Assembly (NCBI GenBank): GCA_050250935.1
Contig: JBFWNS010000006.1
Span: 1 to 64,000, forward strand
Source of the DNA: Candidatus Margulisiibacteriota bacterium
GTDB taxonomy: Bacteria; Margulisbacteria; Marinamargulisbacteria; JBFWNS01
Reading direction: 5' to 3'
Length of the DNA stretch: 64,000 nt
Shown: piece after piece, positions 1 through 8,523 of the stretch
Layout: each line of letters begins with the position of its first letter
How positions within the stretch are numbered: position 1 is the stretch's first letter
The notes under the pieces: model-generated
What the model saw: the letters and a program-made list of their open reading frames with translations, nothing else
What the model was told of the DNA's origin: nothing
Database searches by the model: none
Program-made: the position numbers and the translations under genes

Positions 1-269
1 GCATTCCCTTTAGCCCGACCACGAACATCATCACGGCCTTCCCGGACCAGGTGCGCAAAAGCCAGCCGAATGTGAACAACTTGAACCGGTTGGAGTTGGC
101 GTACACGCTGCCGAGTTTGCCCGATGGTCGGTACACCATCATTGCCAAGGCGCACGATGCCTACAACACGGAAAGCTATTTGCGGTATGGGTTTTCGGTG
201 GACAGGACGCCGCCGCGGATTAAGATTTTTAAAATTGGGGTTTATAACCCGCATAAGGGGCAGCGGTAA
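1..269 (+). CDS. 3' end of a protein with an Ig-like (Big) domain, truncated by the window start
   Basis: Frame is open from position 3 (IPFSPTTNIITAFPDQVRKSQ...). LPDGRYTIIAKAHDAYN...VDRTPP is a typical bacterial Ig-fold signature. Confidence 0.55.
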   Translation, partial: IPFSPTTNIITAFPDQVRKSQPNVNNLNRLELAYTLPSLPDGRYTIIAKAHDAYNTESYLRYGFSVDRTPPRIKIFKIGVYNPHKGQR

Positions 270-281
270 AAACGCTATTGA

Positions 282-902
282 ATGACTATAAAAATGAGAC
301 TTTATATCATACTTTTTGTTTTCTTTTTGATAGGCGTTTATCTTTGGAAAAGCATGCGTTTTAGTCCCCGATTCGATCCGATTATTTTCTCCAATGAAAA
401 ATACTCTGATTACAGAGAGCAAATCGCAAAAAAAATGAATGACAAAGCTCAAGAATTGTCAGAAACGCCAGTTATTCTAGGCAATTGTGATTATACCAGT
501 CCTTCCGACGTTGAAATAGCAATGGTCGATTTAAATGATGACCGTATTCCAGAAGTTTTGGCGCTGATTGGTTCCGAATACTATACAACGGGTGTTGGTG
601 GAATTCAGCTCGAAATTTATTCACAAAACCAAGGGGGCCTCCAGCCAATTGTCTCTGTAACGGGTTTACTTAATAATAAACCGACTCGCTTTTTTGGCTC
701 TGGCGTACAAACCAGTCGATATCTTGCAAAATCAAGCCATAAAACCAACGGATACAGTGATTTATGTTGGTTTATAGAGGCATTAGACCCACAAAAAGAT
801 CGTAAGCATTTTTTAGTATGGCGTTCTGGAAGTTATGATCGTGGTCCATCAGAAAAAATGACGGATGATGAAAAGAGGTTATTTGAACATGAAAACTTAT
901 GA
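282..902 (+). CDS. Membrane-anchored hypothetical protein, possible immunity protein or inhibitor
   Basis: 206-aa ORF with N-terminal hydrophobic helix (LYIILFVFFLIGVYLW) and a DLNDDRIPE Ca-binding-like loop; overlaps the next gene; AT-rich. Confidence 0.6.
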   Translation: MTIKMRLYIILFVFFLIGVYLWKSMRFSPRFDPIIFSNEKYSDYREQIAKKMNDKAQELSETPVILGNCDYTSPSDVEIAMVDLNDDRIPEVLALIGSEYYTTGVGGIQLEIYSQNQGGLQPIVSVTGLLNNKPTRFFGSGVQTSRYLAKSSHKTNGYSDLCWFIEALDPQKDRKHFLVWRSGSYDRGPSEKMTDDEKRLFEHENL

Positions 903-1587
903 TGCGTTTTTTGAAGCTTTGGGGCAAAAAGAGTCGAGTGGAAACTATTCTGTAGTTCAGAAGAAGTATGGATATTTAGGAAAATATCAAATGGGAGAAG
1001 CGGCACTTATTGATAGCGGTTACTACAAAAGAGATGGAAAGATTAATAACTCGTTTTTGGATAATTTTTGGACAGGTAAAGATGGTGTGCACAGTAAGCA
1101 AGATTTTCTTGAGAACCATCAAGCGCAAGAAAATGCGATACGAGAGTATATGAAAGTTCAGTGGCGATATATTATATCTGTAAATTTAGATCGTTTTGTG
1201 GATCAAACCAGAGATGGGATTCTATTTACTGTTTCCGGACTGCTGGCAGGAGCTCATTTAGGCGGTCATGGACGATTGAAAGCTTATCTAAAAGATAACC
1301 AATTGTTCCCAGATGGAAATGGGGTGGTTGTTACTGAATATATCCAAAAATTTGGTGGTTACGAAACCCCATTTAAACCTAGAAAGCAACTAACGGGCAT
1401 AAGAAAAGATGAAAATAAAAAAACGATAGCTTACCAAATCGATGGCCGAGATTGGGTGTCGGTGGGGACTGCCATTGAGATGGTTAAAGCTCTCGAATTA
1501 GATGGTGTCGTTGTTACCAGTGTCAAAGGGACCGTTTTTTTGAGAACCCCTCCGGATCAGGTAAGAGAAAATAATTTGGTGGGATGA
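889..1587 (+). CDS. Lysozyme/lytic transglycosylase-like protein with C-terminal DUF3892-like domain
   Basis: ALGQKESSGNY (catalytic Glu-Ser) and GKYQMG motifs; C-terminal FLRTPPDQVRENNL resembles DUF3892. ATG at 889 is preceded by GAGGT, so it is preferred to 865. Confidence 0.65.
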   Translation: MKTYDAFFEALGQKESSGNYSVVQKKYGYLGKYQMGEAALIDSGYYKRDGKINNSFLDNFWTGKDGVHSKQDFLENHQAQENAIREYMKVQWRYIISVNLDRFVDQTRDGILFTVSGLLAGAHLGGHGRLKAYLKDNQLFPDGNGVVVTEYIQKFGGYETPFKPRKQLTGIRKDENKKTIAYQIDGRDWVSVGTAIEMVKALELDGVVVTSVKGTVFLRTPPDQVRENNLVG

Positions 1588-1594
1588 TAGAATA

Positions 1595-1611
1595 TGGTGG
1601 GCGGTATTGGA
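1595..1611. repeat. Degenerate copy of the tRNA-Val 3' end (att-like)
   Basis: tggtgggcggtattgga matches tggtgggcgatactgga (2951-2967) at 15/17 positions. Confidence 0.6.
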
Positions 1612-1697
1612 CATCATAAGTACCGGCCTACCCTCTGGACACAAACATTTTTTTCACAAATTGATACTTCTAAAATCGGAACTTTAAAGAAATAATC

Positions 1698-2609
1698 TCA
1701 TTCTACTTTTTGAATAAATTGTGCGCGAAGTACATTTGCTAGACCTACATGATTTTCAACGATCTTTATTGTAGGCGTATTAGATAGCGTATGTATATAG
1801 GCGTGATGTACTGTTAAAACTAGATCTTGAAGTTCATTATCAGTTTCTAAATCAACAATCGTTAAACCAATTTTTTTTGCTTCTTCATTGCTAATATGCC
1901 TTGCGTGTGCCTTTGTCTTTTTATGGTCAGACAATTCATCAACAATTTTTCCGCAAATTGCTTTGTCTTTTTGATCTTTGAACATTCCGCTTTCTAGCCA
2001 TTTTAAAACTATTTCTTTGGACCATTCTCGTGCGTTTTCGCAACTTAGTATGAAAGTTGGGTGGTATTTCCCGATAATTACTTGCCATAATGGAATTTTG
2101 GAAGGGTCTTTTTTAATTTCTTCGGCTGCTCTATAAAATTCCTCTACTACTGCTGGTGCCGATGCTCCATTAACATGAGGATCAATAGGTCCAATATTTG
2201 ATTGTTTTCCCATGTGAATCTTTTTTGCTGAGCAAGCAATCATTGTGCCTGCTGACATTGCAATTTGAGGAATAAATACCTCTATATCTGTACCAAACAT
2301 TTTGCGAAGATAATCTACTAATGATTCTGTTGCAGCAACTTGTCCACCAGGAGTATGTAAAATTAAATCCAGCCCTTTTTTTCTATCAAGTCCATGAATC
2401 GCTGCCATAAACGCATTTTTATCGTTATCATTAATTTCTGTGCCCTGAATATTTGGTTTTTGGAGCCAGCCTGAATAGTAGCAGATGATATTTCTATTGC
2501 GTTTTTCAAAAAGGTTTTTAAGATATTTTCGCCGAACAAAATCGAACGCATCTCTTCTTGTTAAGGAAGCTTCGTTTATTTCATTTAAAACGTCGTTCCA
2601 ATTAGGCAT
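1698..2609 (-). CDS. ClpP-class serine protease (SDH/S49-like family)
   Basis: LILHTPGG, IAMSAGT (Ser nucleophile), IGPIDP and HARHI motifs; no signal peptide. Likely start MPNWNDV at 2609, overlapping the stop of the upstream small ORF. Confidence 0.85.
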   Translation of the reverse strand: MPNWNDVLNEINEASLTRRDAFDFVRRKYLKNLFEKRNRNIICYYSGWLQKPNIQGTEINDNDKNAFMAAIHGLDRKKGLDLILHTPGGQVAATESLVDYLRKMFGTDIEVFIPQIAMSAGTMIACSAKKIHMGKQSNIGPIDPHVNGASAPAVVEEFYRAAEEIKKDPSKIPLWQVIIGKYHPTFILSCENAREWSKEIVLKWLESGMFKDQKDKAICGKIVDELSDHKKTKAHARHISNEEAKKIGLTIVDLETDNELQDLVLTVHHAYIHTLSNTPTIKIVENHVGLANVLRAQFIQKVE

Positions 2610-2811
2610 TGACTGAGCTTGAAGAAGTGGAGAATTCAATTCCATCCGACTTCAATAGAGTGAATTCTTGATAGTTATAGTTGGACGGGGTTGTGTAAGG
2701 AATTTCTAATATCTTATATATCTGGTGTATTTCAGATTTCTTTTCATCTGAGAGGTATGAAAAATCTTGCTTTTCTGCTGCTTTTTTCATTTTCACTGAA
2801 GTTACTCCCAT
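2602..2811 (-). CDS. Small hypothetical protein coupled to the protease gene
   Basis: 62-69 aa ORF whose TAA overlaps the protease start (ATGCCTAA). Confidence 0.5.
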   Translation of the reverse strand: MGVTSVKMKKAAEKQDFSYLSDEKKSEIHQIYKILEIPYTTPSNYNYQEFTLLKSDGIEFSTSSSSVNA

Positions 2812-2950
2812 AGGGTTTAAATATTACTATTAATTTCCCTGTTTTTGAAGATGTTAAACTACAATGGGATGAAAGCCAGTTTTTAATTTAGCCTCAAAAC
2901 CATATCGGAATCGAACCACTGTTGAACTCAAAATAAGCTTAAAAATATTG

Positions 2951-3027
2951 TGGTGGGCGATACTGGAATCGAACCAGTGACCTCTTGCATGTCAAGCAAG
3001 CACTCTAACCAACTGAGCTAACCGCCC
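2951..3027 (-). tRNA. tRNA-Val(GAC)
   Basis: Reverse complement GGGCGGTTAGCTCAGTTGGTTAGAGTGCTTGCTTGACATGCAAGAGGTCACTGGTTCGATTCCAGTATCGCCCACCA folds as a cloverleaf with anticodon GAC and encoded CCA. Confidence 0.97.
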
Positions 3028-3074
3028 TAGGGAAACCTGAAGGGAGAAAAATTTTAGCATTTTAGGCCAGTATT

Positions 3075-3995
3075 TCAAAGTGGTGCTAAAAATAGGGTGA
3101 AAAAATGGGTGTGGCGAGACCCTTGAATGTGCAAGCGAAGTTGCCTTGTGGTTTCGTTGATCCAGATCAATTCAATATGAAGCGCATTTTCAGGGGTAAG
3201 ATGGCCCAACCGCTCCGGCCATTCGATGCAGGTGATGTGGTGCTGATCAAGGTAAAGATCCAGATCCAGCGCTTCAATAGCAGCCGAGGAGTTGAGGCGG
3301 TAAAGGTCGAGGTGATGCATGGGTTTTGGGCCCGTATAGGTGTGGGCCAGGGTAAAAGTGGGCGAGGACACCCAATCTGAGCTGCCCAGGGCTTGGGCCA
3401 GGGCGGCGGTGAAGGTCGTTTTGCCGGCCCCCATGTCGCCGTGAAGCAGCACAACATCGCCAGGCACCAGGGCTTGGGCCAGTTTGGCTGCGAGGTGTGG
3501 CAGGGCGTCGAGGGTGAAGGTGGTGTCGTGGCTTGTTATTTCCAAGAGCTGAAGGACCGTTTTATGAAGACTTGGGTGCTGCCAATGGGGAGCGAGGGTT
3601 GCAAGGGGGGCCAGGACAAATAGCCTTTCGGCCAGGTGGGGATGGGGCAAAATTAGGTCGGGGGTTGTTAGGCTGAAGTCGTCGTAAAACAACAAGTCCA
3701 GGTCCAAAGGACGAGAGGTATAGGGGGCTCCGGGTTGCTTGGGGCTGCGGCCGGCTTCGGTTTCTAGGGTTTTGAAAAAGGCCAAGAGGTCTTGGGGGGA
3801 TAGGGTGGTGTTTAGCAGTGCTGCCCCATTTAAAAAGCGGGTTTCGGCCGTAAATCCGACGGGATCTGTTTCGATCCACGGCGAGACTGCGGTGATTTGG
3901 ATGTCGGGATGGGCAGCCAGTTGGACCAATGCTTGGTCAAGATGGGCTTGGCGATGGCCCAAATTCGACCCCAATCCAATCGCTAGTGTGGCCAT
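3075..3995 (-). CDS. folK-tsaE: Fused HPPK (FolK) and t6A biosynthesis ATPase TsaE
   Basis: N-terminal half: IGLGSNLG, FLNGA, RPLDLDLL, PHPHLAERLFVLAPL (FolK). C-terminal half: LHGDMGAGKTTF, SSPTFTL, HLDLYRL, IEWPER (TsaE). Confidence 0.9.
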   Translation of the reverse strand: MATLAIGLGSNLGHRQAHLDQALVQLAAHPDIQITAVSPWIETDPVGFTAETRFLNGAALLNTTLSPQDLLAFFKTLETEAGRSPKQPGAPYTSRPLDLDLLFYDDFSLTTPDLILPHPHLAERLFVLAPLATLAPHWQHPSLHKTVLQLLEITSHDTTFTLDALPHLAAKLAQALVPGDVVLLHGDMGAGKTTFTAALAQALGSSDWVSSPTFTLAHTYTGPKPMHHLDLYRLNSSAAIEALDLDLYLDQHHITCIEWPERLGHLTPENALHIELIWINETTRQLRLHIQGSRHTHFFTLFLAPL

Positions 3996-4819
3996 GGGCG
4001 AGAAAGGGCCTGAGCCACTTTTAGGGCGTTTCGGTGGGCGGCAACGTTATGAACACGAAGAATATCGGCCCCGTTTTGAGCGGCGAAAAGATGGGCAGCC
4101 AAGGTTTCGGGTAACCGGTCTTGAACCTCGGATCCGGTGAGTTGTCCCAAAAACGATTTTTGGGATGCGCCAATTAAAAGGGGGCAGCCCAGTCGGGAAA
4201 AGTGACGCAGGTGATGCAACAGGGCCAGGTTGTGTTCGAGCGTTTTGCCAAACCCAATGCCCGGATCCACAATGATTTTCTGAATCCCTGCCGCGGTGGC
4301 TGTGGCGTGTTGGGTTTTTAAAAAATCGAAAACCTCGGCCACCACATCGGTATAGGTGGGCTGGGTTTGCATGGTTTTGGGACTGCCTTGTTTGTGCATG
4401 AGCACCAGGGGGACTTGGGCTTTGGCGGCAACCTGAATCATGTCGGGATTTTGGCCGCCGTTGATGTCGTTGAGGATCGAAACGCCATGGTGAAGGCCAA
4501 ATTCGGCCACTTCGGGTTTGACGGTATCCAAAGACAATGGGGTTTTAAAATGGGTGTGATACACGCTCAAAATGGGTTCCAAGCGCCGTTTTTCATCACC
4601 TTCTGAGACCGGTTCTGAGCCTGGTCTTGAGGATTCTGCGCCAAGGTCGATGATGTTGGCCCCGCCTTGGATGAGCCTGTGGATGTGAGACAGGGTTTGG
4701 TCTAGGGCGCTGTGTTTTCCCCCATCAAAAAACGAATCTGGGGTGAGGTTGACGATGCCCATCAACAGAGGGCCTTGGGTGCTGGTCGGAAAAAGGGTTC
4801 TAAACCATGCTGGGGTCAT
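3983..4819 (-). CDS. folP: Dihydropteroate synthase
   Basis: MGIVNLTPDSFFDGG, IDLGAESSRPG, VDPGIGFGKT, LRVHNV. Confidence 0.95.
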   Translation of the reverse strand: MTPAWFRTLFPTSTQGPLLMGIVNLTPDSFFDGGKHSALDQTLSHIHRLIQGGANIIDLGAESSRPGSEPVSEGDEKRRLEPILSVYHTHFKTPLSLDTVKPEVAEFGLHHGVSILNDINGGQNPDMIQVAAKAQVPLVLMHKQGSPKTMQTQPTYTDVVAEVFDFLKTQHATATAAGIQKIIVDPGIGFGKTLEHNLALLHHLRHFSRLGCPLLIGASQKSFLGQLTGSEVQDRLPETLAAHLFAAQNGADILRVHNVAAHRNALKVAQALSRPWPH

Positions 4820-5657
4820 CGCTGAACCGAAGGCTTAAATCCAGTGCGGGGACGGAATGGGTTAGGCTGCCACAGGAAATGCGGTGAATGGGCAGCCCTT
4901 TGTAGCGGCCAATGTTGTCTAGGGTGATGTTTCCAGAGACCTCGATTTCGGCTTGAAAGCCCCTGCTTTTGCAAAGGGTAAGGGCGGTTTCTAGCTGGTC
5001 CATGGGATAGTTATCTAGCAAAATGTAATCTGCCAAACCCAGATCCAAGGTTTCGAGTTGGGTGTTGTTTTCAATTTCGATTTCAATTTTAATGCCGGGG
5101 AATTGGGTTTTGACAGCGGCCATGCGATTTCGAAGGTCGCCCAGTTTTCCGTGACGGGCTAAATCGGCCAAGTGATTTTCTTTAATCAAAACCATATCAG
5201 ACAAAGAGTGTCGGTGGTTAAACCCGCCACCCGCTAAAACGGCTTGTTTTTCTACATCCCGCCACATAGGCGTGGTTTTTCGGGTGTCCAAAATCTGAAT
5301 GGCCGGGTCGTCCAGGGCCTCGACATAGCGCCGGGTTTGGGTGGCAATGCCCGAGAGGTGTTGGATTAAATTGAGTAGCACCCGTTCGAGTTTAAGAATG
5401 GCCGAGACGGGACCAGAAAACAAGGTCACCGTAGTGCCCCTAAAAACCCGTGTCCCATCCGATATCAACACCGAGGGTGTTATCCCAAATTCACCCAAAA
5501 CCGTTGCCACGACCGCCCCCCCACAAAACACCCCATCCGCTTTGGCAATAATCACCGCTTCGGCCGGGTAGTCCGAGACAAAGGCCTCGGTCGTCACGTC
5601 GGTGGTGGGGATGTCTTCGGCCAGGGCCAGCCGGATGCGTTCGGCTAGACTTGGCAT
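4800..5657 (-). CDS. nadC: Nicotinate-nucleotide pyrophosphorylase (quinolinate phosphoribosyltransferase)
   Basis: LERVLLNLIQHLSGIAT, ILDTRKTTP, NHRHSLSDMVLIKENH, ILLDN. Confidence 0.95.
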   Translation of the reverse strand: MPSLAERIRLALAEDIPTTDVTTEAFVSDYPAEAVIIAKADGVFCGGAVVATVLGEFGITPSVLISDGTRVFRGTTVTLFSGPVSAILKLERVLLNLIQHLSGIATQTRRYVEALDDPAIQILDTRKTTPMWRDVEKQAVLAGGGFNHRHSLSDMVLIKENHLADLARHGKLGDLRNRMAAVKTQFPGIKIEIEIENNTQLETLDLGLADYILLDNYPMDQLETALTLCKSRGFQAEIEVSGNITLDNIGRYKGLPIHRISCGSLTHSVPALDLSLRFSDDPSMV

Positions 5658-6301
5658 TATTTTTTCCAGGCTTTGGCGTCTTCTAAAAAGGCTTGAATGC
5701 CAGAATCGGTGAGGGGGTGTTTGAAGAGTTGGGTCAGTGTGGCCGGGGGAACCGTCACCACATCGGCGCCAATCAGGCCGGCATCCAGAATATGAATGGG
5801 GCTGCGGACGCTGGCGACCAAAACTTTGGTTTGATAGCCATAGTTGTCATAGATTTGGCGAATTTGAGCGATAATATCCATGCCACGGTGGCCGATATCA
5901 TCCAAACGGCCGACAAAAGGACTCACATAGGTGGCGCCAGCTTTGGCGGCAATCAGGGCTTGGAGGGGGGAAAAGGTTACGGTGACGTTGGTTTGAATCC
6001 CTTCCGCACTCAGGGCTTTAACCGCTTTCATGCCTTCGGGGTTCATCACAATCTTAATCACGATATTTTTGCCCCATTTTTTGTATTCTTGGGCTTCTTT
6101 TAAAATACCTGCTGCGTCTTCAGAAAGGGTTTCAACCGAAATGGGACCGTCAATAAAAGCGGCAATTTCGCGAATGGTTTGCTCGTGGTCTTTGCCGGCT
6201 TTTTTGATGAGGGTTGGGTTCGTGGTAACCCCATCCACCAGGCCCATGTCGTGGGCTTTTCTAATCGCGTCTACATCAGCAGTATCAATAAAAAATTCCA
6301 T
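5657..6301 (-). CDS. tal: Transaldolase (short, FSA-like family)
   Basis: [21 protein letters not shown] and [11 protein letters not shown]; the Glu/Phe pattern is typical of transaldolase rather than FSA. Confidence 0.9.
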   Translation of the reverse strand: MEFFIDTADVDAIRKAHDMGLVDGVTTNPTLIKKAGKDHEQTIREIAAFIDGPISVETLSEDAAGILKEAQEYKKWGKNIVIKIVMNPEGMKAVKALSAEGIQTNVTVTFSPLQALIAAKAGATYVSPFVGRLDDIGHRGMDIIAQIRQIYDNYGYQTKVLVASVRSPIHILDAGLIGADVVTVPPATLTQLFKHPLTDSGIQAFLEDAKAWKK

Positions 6302-6312
6302 GCTGTATCTCC

Positions 6313-7722
6313 TTAATAACGATAATGATTGGGTTTAAACGGACCATTCACAGGCACGCCCAAATAAGCCGCTTGGTCTTGGGTGAGGGTGGTGAGTTTA
6401 ACCCCGAGTTTTTCCAAATGCAGGCGGGCCACTTCTTCGTCCAAATGTTTGGGAAGGGTGTAGACGCCGATGGGCTGGGGGTTGGTCCACAGCTCAATTT
6501 GGGCCAAGGCTTGGTTGGTAAAAGAAGTGCTCATCACAAAAGAAGGGTGACCGGTGGCGCATCCTAAATTCACCAAACGACCTTCGGCCAGCAAGAAAAT
6601 GCTGTTGCCGGTGGGGAAGGTGTATTGGTCGACCTGGGGTTTGATGTTGAGGTGTTTAACGCCAGGGGCAGAAACCAGCTGTTCGACTTGGATTTCGTTG
6701 TCAAAGTGGCCAATGTTGCAGACGATGGCTTGGTCTTTCATGGCTTGCATGTGGGAAAGGGTGATGATGTCTTTATTGCCGGTGGTGGTGACAAAAATGT
6801 CGGCCAATCCCACCACATCTTCTACGCGTTTGACTTCGTAACCTTCCATGGCGGCTTGAAGGGCGCAGATGGGGTCAATTTCAGTGACAATCACCCGGGC
6901 GCCGAAGCCACGCATGGAGTGGGCACAGCCTTTGCCCACATCGCCGTAACCACAGACCACAACCACTTTGCCTGCGACCATGACATCCATGGCTCGTTTT
7001 AGTCCATCAGCCAATGATTCTCGGCAGCCATAGAGGTTGTCGAACTTGGATTTGGTGACCGAATCGTTCACATTAATGGCGGGAAAAAGCAGTTTTCCGG
7101 CTTCCATCATTTGATAGAGGCGGTGAACCCCGGTGGTGGTTTCTTCGGAAACCCCTTTGATGGTTTTGGCAACGGTTTGCCATTTGGTGGGTTTTGATTG
7201 AAGGTCTTTGCGAATCAGGTCCAGAACGATGGCAAATTCTTTGTTGGTGGTGGGAACATCAATCAGAGCCGTGTTTTGTTCGATTTCGGCGCCTTTGTGA
7301 ATCAGTAAGGTGGCATCTCCGCCGTCGTCGACAATCAAATCGGGGCCAGAGCCGTCGGGGAAAATCAAGGCTTGTTCGGTGCACCACCAATATTCTTCCA
7401 AAGTTTCGCCTTTCCAAGCAAAAACCGGAACACCAGCTGCGGCAATGGCGGCGGCGGCAGAATCTTGGGTCGAGAAAATGTTGCAAGACGCCCAGCGAAC
7501 CGTCGCGCCCAAAGCCACCAAGGTTTCAATTAATACAGCGGTTTGAACGGTCATGTGCAAAGAGCCCGAGATTTTGGCGCCTTTTAAAGGTTTGGAAGTG
7601 CCAAATTTTTCGCGCAGGGCCATCAAGCCTGGCATTTCTTTTTCGGCGATCATGATTTCTTTGCGGCCCAGTTCGGCCAAGGACAGGTCTTTGACTTTAT
7701 AGTCGGTGGTTAGGGTGGTCAT
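6313..7722 (-). CDS. ahcY: Adenosylhomocysteinase
   Basis: [52 protein letters not shown]. Confidence 0.98.
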   Translation of the reverse strand: MTTLTTDYKVKDLSLAELGRKEIMIAEKEMPGLMALREKFGTSKPLKGAKISGSLHMTVQTAVLIETLVALGATVRWASCNIFSTQDSAAAAIAAAGVPVFAWKGETLEEYWWCTEQALIFPDGSGPDLIVDDGGDATLLIHKGAEIEQNTALIDVPTTNKEFAIVLDLIRKDLQSKPTKWQTVAKTIKGVSEETTTGVHRLYQMMEAGKLLFPAINVNDSVTKSKFDNLYGCRESLADGLKRAMDVMVAGKVVVVCGYGDVGKGCAHSMRGFGARVIVTEIDPICALQAAMEGYEVKRVEDVVGLADIFVTTTGNKDIITLSHMQAMKDQAIVCNIGHFDNEIQVEQLVSAPGVKHLNIKPQVDQYTFPTGNSIFLLAEGRLVNLGCATGHPSFVMSTSFTNQALAQIELWTNPQPIGVYTLPKHLDEEVARLHLEKLGVKLTTLTQDQAAYLGVPVNGPFKPNHYRY

Positions 7723-7865
7723 GGGTACCTCGTTTTGGAAAGTTGGAATGGAGAGGGTTATTCAAAGGCGAAAAACCTTTGCGAGTATACCAAACCGGGT
7801 TTGAGGTGAACAGTATTCCGAAGATGTTCTCGATTTTATAGAAAATTATAAATTAAAAATAAATA

Positions 7866-7893
7866 TTGACATGATAGTACCCTGTGATACATT
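7866..7893 (+). promoter_or_regulatory. Sigma70-type promoter for the porin-family gene
   Basis: TTGACA (7866-7871), 16-bp spacer, extended -10 TG-a-TACATT; AAGGAG RBS at 7914-7919. Confidence 0.6.
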
Positions 7894-7925
7894 GGTGAAG
7901 TTTTAAAAAAATAAAGGAGATGTTT

Positions 7926-8522
7926 ATGAGATATTATTTGTCTTTGGCCGTTTTGGTTTGTGTTGTCATGGGAATGAGTGGACCTGCTTTTGCGGAAATG
8001 GGCCTTAAATTAGGGGCGAATTTGGCCAATTGGAGCGGAGCGTCTGTTTCAACGCAGGGAAAAGTGGGGTTCCAGTTGGGTGGCTTTGTTAAGCAAGATT
8101 TATCCGATAAATTTTCGATGCGGTATGAGTTGTTGTATTCTCAGAAAGGTGCAAATTACTCGAGTTCTGTGACAGATGGAAGTAATACATATGCAGTTTC
8201 GTATGCTGATAATTTTGATTACGTAGAGCTGCCAGTTCTGTTTCAGTATCAGGCAATGCCCATGCTTTCGCTGTATGCAGGCCCTTATGTGTCTTATTTG
8301 TTAACGGCTAAGACCCACATTGCCATTTCTGGTGCTTCGGTGGATGTTGATCAACTGCCGAATGTTAATGCTTTGGATTATGGAGCTATTGCAGGTTTGG
8401 GGGTTACCCTGGGCAATTGGGTTGTGGATCTTAGGTATGAGCTGGGTTTGGCTGATGTTAACAAAACCGGGTCTTCTATCCGATCCAACAATATGGCTTT
8501 GAGCGCTGGATATCGGTTCTAG
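7926..8522 (+). CDS. Small outer-membrane beta-barrel (porin family, PorT-like)
   Basis: Signal peptide ending PAFA; GLKLGANLA, YELLYSQKG, YVELPVL, GPYVSYLL motifs; C-terminal GYRF. Start at 7926 fits RBS spacing. Confidence 0.8.
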   Translation: MRYYLSLAVLVCVVMGMSGPAFAEMGLKLGANLANWSGASVSTQGKVGFQLGGFVKQDLSDKFSMRYELLYSQKGANYSSSVTDGSNTYAVSYADNFDYVELPVLFQYQAMPMLSLYAGPYVSYLLTAKTHIAISGASVDVDQLPNVNALDYGAIAGLGVTLGNWVVDLRYELGLADVNKTGSSIRSNNMALSAGYRF

Positions 8523-8523
8523 T

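Larger units (their letters stand above)
270..2950. mobile_element. AT-rich accessory islet downstream of tRNA-Val (no integrase in the window)
   Basis: Visibly more AT-rich than the flanks; abuts the tRNA-Val 3' end; contains partial copies of the tRNA 3' end at 1595-1611 and 2907-2918. Confidence 0.55.

Noticed and set aside
7723..7810. SAH/SAM riboswitch upstream of ahcY (also checked upstream of metK)
   Set aside because: Only a small hairpin (caaagg/cctttg) is visible and I could not match riboswitch consensus elements; an Rfam scan would settle it.
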